Shown here piece by piece: positions 17,814 to 23,553 of a stretch of DNA of 23,553 nucleotides. Positions within the stretch are counted from its first letter, which is position 1. Each line of letters begins with the position of its first letter. A model generated the notes under the pieces. It was not told where the DNA came from. It worked only from the letters and a program-made list of their open reading frames with translations, and made no database searches. The stretch covers positions 1 through 23,553 of the forward strand of contig JBEPZZ010000027.1 in assembly GCA_041640575.1 (NCBI GenBank), given 5' to 3'. Made by a program: the position numbers and the translations under genes. This DNA comes from Pseudothermotoga sp. (GTDB taxonomy: Bacteria > Thermotogota > Thermotogae > Thermotogales > DSM-5069).

Positions 17814-18817
17814 ATATGGCTTTACTGAACGCTATTGGTGTCAAAGCATACTACAGCGTTGGCGATGAATTTATCAAAGCTGTAGATGGCGTGAATGTAA
17901 CGGTTCAGAATGAAGAGATCTTAGGAATAGTTGGTGAAACTGGTTGTGGCAAATCCACCCTTGGAAAGACCCTCATGATGAATGTACGTCCACCACTTAG
18001 ATTCATCGCAGGACAGATTTTTGTTGATGGTGTTGGAAATTTAGCCGAAATGGAACTTGAAACGATTCAAAAGAAGGTGTGGGGAAAAATCATCTCTCAA
18101 GTTCCACAGAGTGCTTTAAATGCACTTGTTCCCACTTGGAAAGTACAAAAGTTTGTTCAAGAAGTTCTTTGTTATCATTTGGACATCAGCAAGAAAGAGG
18201 CAACGAATCTCGCTTCAAAACGCTTTGAAGAACTCGGTTTGCCGGTTGAATGCCTAGGGAAATACCCTCATGAGTTAAGTGGTGGTATGCGGCAAAGAGT
18301 AACTGTGGCAATAGCAACCTTACTCAACCCTAAGTTGTTGATTGCCGATGAACCTACATCGGCATTGGATGTTTCAAGCCAAAAACAAGTGCTTAAGATG
18401 TTCAAAAGAATTCTCAAAGAACATGTGGTAGGTGGAATAATTTTGATCACACACGATATTGCCACATTGAGACAGATTGCCGACAGGATAATAGTTATGT
18501 ATGCCGGGAAGGTTGTGGAAGTAGGATCGATGAATGATATACTCTTCAAGCCATTTCATCCTTACACCAAAAGCTTGATAGGTTCGATTGTAACACCCGA
18601 GCCAGAAGTGAAGGCTAGGGGGTTATCCTACATTCCAGGAGAACCTCCAGATCTTCTCAACCCACCATCAGGATGTCGTTTCAGGCTTAGATGTAACTAT
18701 GCAGCAAAAAGGTGTTCAGAGGAAGAACCAGAAATGATTGAAGTAGAAAATGGACATTTCGTTGCTTGCTATCTCTTTTCTAACGGGAGTGAGCAGAGTG
18801 CTTCTACAAGTTCGTAA
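17810..18817 (+). CDS. ABC transporter ATP-binding protein, DppD/OppD family
   Basis: Walker A GETGCGKS, signature LSGGMRQR, Walker B LIADEPT, and HPY domain with GCRF..RC..C..C. Confidence 0.95.
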   Translation: MNMALLNAIGVKAYYSVGDEFIKAVDGVNVTVQNEEILGIVGETGCGKSTLGKTLMMNVRPPLRFIAGQIFVDGVGNLAEMELETIQKKVWGKIISQVPQSALNALVPTWKVQKFVQEVLCYHLDISKKEATNLASKRFEELGLPVECLGKYPHELSGGMRQRVTVAIATLLNPKLLIADEPTSALDVSSQKQVLKMFKRILKEHVVGGIILITHDIATLRQIADRIIVMYAGKVVEVGSMNDILFKPFHPYTKSLIGSIVTPEPEVKARGLSYIPGEPPDLLNPPSGCRFRLRCNYAAKRCSEEEPEMIEVENGHFVACYLFSNGSEQSASTSS

Positions 18818-19592
18818 TTTGGTAAAGATATATCGAAGAGGTCTTTTGGATAGGAAGGTTACAACTGCGGTTGATGGTATAAGTTTCAACGTAGCAGAAG
18901 GAGAAATAGTATCCTTGGTGGGAGAAAGTGGATCAGGTAAGAGTACAACTGCCCACATCATTTTGCGCATGTTACTTCCCACATCAGGAGAGGTTCTCTT
19001 CGAAGGTAAAAACATTGCTCATCTGCACGGAAAGGAGCTTAAACAATATTGGCAAAAGGTACATGGGGTCTTTCAAGATCCATATGCTGCTTTCAATCCA
19101 ATATTCAGAGCTGATCGAATCTTGTTCCAAAGTTTGAACTTGCTTGAAGACAAGTTAGTAAAATACGAAGCAAAAAAGCTTATAAGTGAAATCGTGCTAT
19201 CCGTAGGGTTGAAACCAGAACATGTTCTTGGTAGATACCCTCACCAACTTTCCGGTGGTCAACTGCAAAGATTGATGATAGCACGCTGCTTTATATTGAA
19301 ACCAAAGCTCATTATAGCTGACGAACCAGTCTCAATGGTTGATCCTTCCGTGAGAGTCGGAATACTGAAGCTGTTTGAACAGCTAAGGAACAACTATGGT
19401 ACATCTGTTATTTTCATAACCCACGATATAGGACTTGCTTATTATACAAGTACAAAAATCATGGTGATGTACAAAGGAAAAATAGTCGAGGAAGGTACAC
19501 CAGAGGAGATACTCAACCAGCCACAGCATCCATATACCAAACGGCTTATAAGTGACATTCCGTTATTAGGCAAACGCTGGAGTGATATTTGA
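18798..19592 (+). CDS. ABC transporter ATP-binding protein, DppF/OppF family (short form)
   Basis: GESGSGKS, LSGGQLQR, IIADEP and HPYT. The GGGAG RBS favours GTG 18798. Confidence 0.93.
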   Translation: MLLQVRNLVKIYRRGLLDRKVTTAVDGISFNVAEGEIVSLVGESGSGKSTTAHIILRMLLPTSGEVLFEGKNIAHLHGKELKQYWQKVHGVFQDPYAAFNPIFRADRILFQSLNLLEDKLVKYEAKKLISEIVLSVGLKPEHVLGRYPHQLSGGQLQRLMIARCFILKPKLIIADEPVSMVDPSVRVGILKLFEQLRNNYGTSVIFITHDIGLAYYTSTKIMVMYKGKIVEEGTPEEILNQPQHPYTKRLISDIPLLGKRWSDI

Positions 19593-19623
19593 AAAATAAA
19601 CTTAGATTCGCCTGATTGCACAA

Positions 19624-19850
19624 AGATTTAAATACGACAATTTAAAGTTGGTTAGAGAGGGGGACATTATAAAGATTAATTTTGATGTTGAGAACGTTGG
19701 CAAATATGCTGGGAAGGAGGTAGCCCAGGTTAAGGATGGCATCTTGAGAGAGGTATCTATCAATTTAGGGTGGGGGGTTCATCTAGAGAAATAAGGCTTC
19801 AAGCGGAAATTACTTCAGGTTGAGGAAGAACCTGCAGTTAAATCTGATCT
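19624..19850 (+). pseudogene. Relic of a GH3 beta-glucosidase C-terminal Fn3-like domain
   Basis: Frame 1 (19624-19731) reads RFKYDNLKLVREGDIIKINFDVENVGKYAGKEVAQV. A shifted frame (19734-19823) reads GWHLERGIYQFRVGGSSREIRLQAEI. Both are GH3 Fn3-like signatures (N.G..AGKEV.Q.Y and W..E.G.Y...VG.SSRDIRL). Confidence 0.85.
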
Positions 19851-19877
19851 AACCCGGCTTTAAGCCGGGTTCTTTTC
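19851..19877. terminator. Intrinsic terminator between convergent units
   Basis: AACCCGGCTT-T-AAGCCGGGTT followed by CTTTTC. Confidence 0.8.
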
Positions 19878-20417
19878 TCAAGTTAATTCTTCTGGCATAT
19901 TGAAAAAGGCAATTAATGCAACTAATTCTGCTACAAGCATCAAAAACACTCCAATCAACAAAACGGACAAAATAGCAGACCACTTGTAGAGTTTTGCTGT
20001 AGTTCTGAAAATTTTCAAATTCACACGCTCAGCTAGCATTTTGTATGCCCGCGCGAAGAACGCACATGTTGCAACCGTTAGGGCAATAATTAAAATCGAG
20101 CTTGAAATAAACCAAGAATACCAATTTTCAACAACGGACGAATCATAGGTAAGGATATTCTCATAGATTTTTGTAAGAATTGGAGCAGATTTACCCACAA
20201 CTATCAAGCTGAGGAAAGCCAAAATAACTTGCAGCACCAGAGGCATAACAAAAGCAATCGTCAAATCATGTCTTTTCAGAATCCAGGACAACTCCCTGAT
20301 TCCAACTAAAAACATCACTGAGCCAATAACAGTTAAAAAATTGCCAAATCCCAAATCACCAGCTAGGATCAACACTAAGCCAAGACCAGCCATTCTTTTA
20401 GCAACTTTCACGTTCAC
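19878..20417 (-). CDS. DUF996-like multi-pass membrane protein, paralog of 8782-9330
   Basis: AKRMAGLGLVL N-terminus and AYKMLAER..F.T.A.LYKW.AIL..FFNMP align with the 8782-9330 product. The GTG start overlaps the RND stop (GTGA). Confidence 0.75.
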   Translation of the reverse strand: MNVKVAKRMAGLGLVLILAGDLGFGNFLTVIGSVMFLVGIRELSWILKRHDLTIAFVMPLVLQVILAFLSLIVVGKSAPILTKIYENILTYDSSVVENWYSWFISSSILIIALTVATCAFFARAYKMLAERVNLKIFRTTAKLYKWSAILSVLLIGVFLMLVAELVALIAFFNMPEELT

Positions 20418-23400
20418 TTTAAATTCTCCTCATCATTTTGTTTTGCTCCAATCTTGAAGATTTCCGCAAGACTTGGAACAACAAACAACGAAAAAGCCGT
20501 TGTCAAGAGTAAGCCAAGGATTATCGTCCAGGATATTGGCGATTCCAGTTCTGAACCCTCGGATCTACTCAATGCAACTGGGAACAAAGCAATGATAGTT
20601 GTCAAGCTTGTCATAAGAATTGGTCTTAACCTAAGCGAAGCTGCTTCAATTATCGATTTTTTGTAATCCGATCCGTGTTTTGCATACTGTCTTATGAAGC
20701 TAACCATCACGATAGAGTTATTCACGACAACGCCAACCAAAGTCAAGGCGCCTACTAAGATAGGCAGATTCAAATCGTAACCGAAAATGAGCATCACCAA
20801 GGATACGGCTACAGCAACAACTGGAACTGAACTAAAGATTACAAACGGGATTTTGAAAGACTCAAACTGTGCACTCAAGAGCATAAAAACCAGTATTGCG
20901 GCGGCGATTACGATTGTCTTAAACTGTTTTAGTAAAATGTCCATAGAAGCTTTCTGGCCAGCTAGAGAGTAACTTATTCCTTCCAGATCCACAGATTTAA
21001 GCGTTTCTTCAGCTATCTTTGTCAATTGAGAAACAGAAAGGTTGGACTGGATGACATCTACATACACAACTCGTTCCCCATTCTTATGATGGACACTGTT
21101 GAGCACTTCCTTCTTCTGAAGATCTGCAACAACTGCCAAAGGTACTTCGTTTCCAAACGAGTTCTTCACTTTCAAAACTTCGACATCTTCGAGCTTTTCA
21201 AGCTTTGAAAAGTTCAAATAAATCGGTAAGATACCCTCATTTGTTTGTAAAGCTCCGACGGATTTTCCAACTGTGTGATATTGAAGTTCCATAAATATCT
21301 GCCCAGGTACCAATCCCGAGAAAACAGCCCTTTCTCTATTTAGGCCCACGTGGTAAGTTTCAACGCTAGCTTCACCCCTTACAGCAACTTGTCCAACACC
21401 TTTTTCAATAAGTTTCTTTCGAAGATCATGAGCCTTTTTCATAAGCAAGCCTAGATCTTTGCCAGTCAGTTCAACTGTAAGAGGGTAACCAACAACTTCC
21501 GCCATGAAGGTAGCTTGACCGATTTGGATTTCACCACTTTCAAGCTGCATTTTCTTTAGAGCATTCGTAAATCTTTCAATATTTTTAACGTACTCGGTTC
21601 GTTTTCCACCAAACCACACGTTAATATAGGCTTTGTTTTCTGCGCTTCCTCCGATTATTTGTGAAAACTGGCTCGTTATACCGACATCCGAATAAACAGA
21701 TTGAACACCATATTCGTTTTTATTACTCAAGATGAAATCTTCTATTCTTTTGGTTAGTTCCAATGTTTTTTCATATGATGCCTGCCTATCTGCAAGAAGA
21801 GTTATAGTCAGGACGTTACTTGCAAATTCTGGTGTAAAACTTTTTCGTGAGGAAAGAAGATACCAACCGGATATGATTACTAGAACAACTGTAATAGTTA
21901 TCAAAATCCATTTTCCTTTCATGGCTTTTGAAAGAGCACCTTTGTACCAACTGATCAGTTTTTCGTATGAACTGCTTGCTCTAGTTTTTATCCATTTTGA
22001 TCCAGCAGGTACTAAAACACCAGCTATTGCAAGTGAGGCACCTAGTGCAAGACAAAGTGTTGCGGCAAAGTATTTGAACATACTTGCCGCGAAGCTTTCT
22101 GCGAAAACAAGTGGTACGAAAACTGTTACTGTAGTGGCAGTTGAAGCAAAAATTGCGCCGAAAACTTCTCTAGTTCCTTTTCCAGCAGCTTCAATGTAGT
22201 TTTCGCCCATTGACTTGTAGCGATATATATTTTCAAACACAACAATAGCATTGTCAACAAGCATACCAACAGCCATCGTTAAACCACCGAGGGTTAGCAA
22301 GTCGAAATTGAGCTTCAAGAAATACATGAGAACTATTGCTGCCGTCAGAGAAAGTGGAATACTGACTGCAACCACAACAGTGCTGATCAGATCTAGCACG
22401 AAGAGCAGGACAACGACAGAAGCACCAATCAGCCCAAGTATAAGATCTCTCAAAAGACTATTTATGGCTTTTTCTGTGTATAGCGATTGATCTATCAAGC
22501 TTGTGTATGAAACTTTGAGTTCTTTTAAAAGGCTTTTTACTTGTTTAACAGCTGCAACGGTATTTGCGCCTGCTCTTTTTCTGACAACAACTACCTTTGC
22601 CTCTTCACCGTTGACTCTCACAACTCCACGAACGTTTTGTTCCACAATTTCGATGTCTGCCACCTGGTACAACCTGATAGGTATCAGCAATTTCGGGGTT
22701 TGTCCACTCATCGCCATTTGATAAGTCAACCCTCTAAATCCGACAACAGCCATTTTGAGCTCTTCTAGGCCTTTGAACCTTCCATCTACTGTTACCGTGT
22801 AGATGTTGTTATCCTCGTCTCTAAGAATTCCCATGGGATAGACAAAGTTACCCGACAAAAAGCTTTCGATCAAGGATTGATCAATTTGGAACTGTTTAAT
22901 CTTTTCCGGTTGAATTGTTATTCGAATGCTCTTTTGTTTATTACCAAGAATTTCAACTCCAGAAACATCTGGAAGTCTTTTGATTTTGTCAATGAATTTT
23001 TCAATGTCTTCGGTTGTTGAAAATGCAAAAACTGGTAACAGTGATGGATCAAATTCGACGACAGTAGGTTTTACTCCTTCAGGTAGTTCCGCCTGAGCGA
23101 TGTTCAAGTACCTTTCAAGTCTTGAAGAGACCGAAAGAACATCCACACCCCAGCTGTATTCAACAAGTATCAACGAAAATCCAGGTTGAGAAACACTTGT
23201 AAAGCTCTTCACGCCCGGTACAGTTGCGATCACGCGTTCAATCGGCTTGGTAACAAGTTCCTCTATTTCTTCAGTACCAGCGCCCATGTAAGTTGCAAAA
23301 ACCGCAGCATATGGGTATTCAACCTGCGGGATCAAATCCAAATGAAGTCTTTGAAATGCAAGGTAAGCCAAAGCAACAGTGGCAAGCAGAAGCATGAAAA

Positions 23401-23440
23401 TTGCAACGGGACGCCGTGCCGCAATCTTGGCTATATTCAA
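20414..23440 (-). CDS. AcrB/AcrD/AcrF-family RND efflux transporter permease
   Basis: RRPVA, EIEELVTKPIE, AVGMLVDNAIVVFENIYR and RLRPILMTSLTTI; two large periplasmic loops. The GGAGGTG RBS favours TTG 23440. Confidence 0.93.
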   Translation of the reverse strand: MNIAKIAARRPVAIFMLLLATVALAYLAFQRLHLDLIPQVEYPYAAVFATYMGAGTEEIEELVTKPIERVIATVPGVKSFTSVSQPGFSLILVEYSWGVDVLSVSSRLERYLNIAQAELPEGVKPTVVEFDPSLLPVFAFSTTEDIEKFIDKIKRLPDVSGVEILGNKQKSIRITIQPEKIKQFQIDQSLIESFLSGNFVYPMGILRDEDNNIYTVTVDGRFKGLEELKMAVVGFRGLTYQMAMSGQTPKLLIPIRLYQVADIEIVEQNVRGVVRVNGEEAKVVVVRKRAGANTVAAVKQVKSLLKELKVSYTSLIDQSLYTEKAINSLLRDLILGLIGASVVVLLFVLDLISTVVVAVSIPLSLTAAIVLMYFLKLNFDLLTLGGLTMAVGMLVDNAIVVFENIYRYKSMGENYIEAAGKGTREVFGAIFASTATTVTVFVPLVFAESFAASMFKYFAATLCLALGASLAIAGVLVPAGSKWIKTRASSSYEKLISWYKGALSKAMKGKWILITITVVLVIISGWYLLSSRKSFTPEFASNVLTITLLADRQASYEKTLELTKRIEDFILSNKNEYGVQSVYSDVGITSQFSQIIGGSAENKAYINVWFGGKRTEYVKNIERFTNALKKMQLESGEIQIGQATFMAEVVGYPLTVELTGKDLGLLMKKAHDLRKKLIEKGVGQVAVRGEASVETYHVGLNRERAVFSGLVPGQIFMELQYHTVGKSVGALQTNEGILPIYLNFSKLEKLEDVEVLKVKNSFGNEVPLAVVADLQKKEVLNSVHHKNGERVVYVDVIQSNLSVSQLTKIAEETLKSVDLEGISYSLAGQKASMDILLKQFKTIVIAAAILVFMLLSAQFESFKIPFVIFSSVPVVAVAVSLVMLIFGYDLNLPILVGALTLVGVVVNNSIVMVSFIRQYAKHGSDYKKSIIEAASLRLRPILMTSLTTIIALFPVALSRSEGSELESPISWTIILGLLLTTAFSLFVVPSLAEIFKIGAKQNDEENLK

Positions 23441-23454
23441 TTTCAACACCTCCG

Positions 23455-23553
23455 TCAATCTTGCTTTACGGTTCCCCCACAGAGCTCAATTACTAACTTT
23501 GCCCATTCAAGATTGATATCAATCAACTTCAGGCGCTCACTTTTTGCAACAAC
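23455..23553 (-). CDS. 3' end of an upstream gene (partial), possibly a TolC-like efflux component
   Basis: Open frame from the window edge: VVAKSERLKLIDINLEWAKLVIELCGGTVKQD*, stopping 14 bp before the RND start. The product is guessed from an amphipathic helix ending in L.GG and from context. Confidence 0.4.
   Translation of the reverse strand, partial: VVAKSERLKLIDINLEWAKLVIELCGGTVKQD

Overview
A window from a moderately AT-rich bacterium, most likely Thermotogota. This is inferred from a TM0031/BglE-like sugar-binding protein, spoVS, a tRNA-Arg(UCG) gene and a nifS-thiI pair. From left to right it contains: (1) two co-oriented paralogous ~833-aa secreted proteins (signal peptide, Ig-like strand, vWA/MIDAS domain, beta linker, long helical C-terminal domain); (2) a decayed IS200/IS605 element with tnpA and tnpB pseudogenes; (3) a small secreted protein; (4) spoVS downstream of a compact tRNA Gly-Arg-His-Arg cluster; (5) a DUF996-like membrane protein divergent from a membrane GGDEF diguanylate cyclase; (6) cysteine desulfurase plus thiI; (7) a five-gene Opp/Dpp-family beta-glucoside ABC transporter, followed by an unannotated relic of a GH3 beta-glucosidase C-terminus; (8) a second DUF996-like gene coupled to an AcrB-family RND transporter. 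The best candidate for an undescribed system is the tandem secreted vWA + helical-domain pair. The clearest hidden feature is the GH3 relic. All family assignments come from motif recognition by eye, with no database search.
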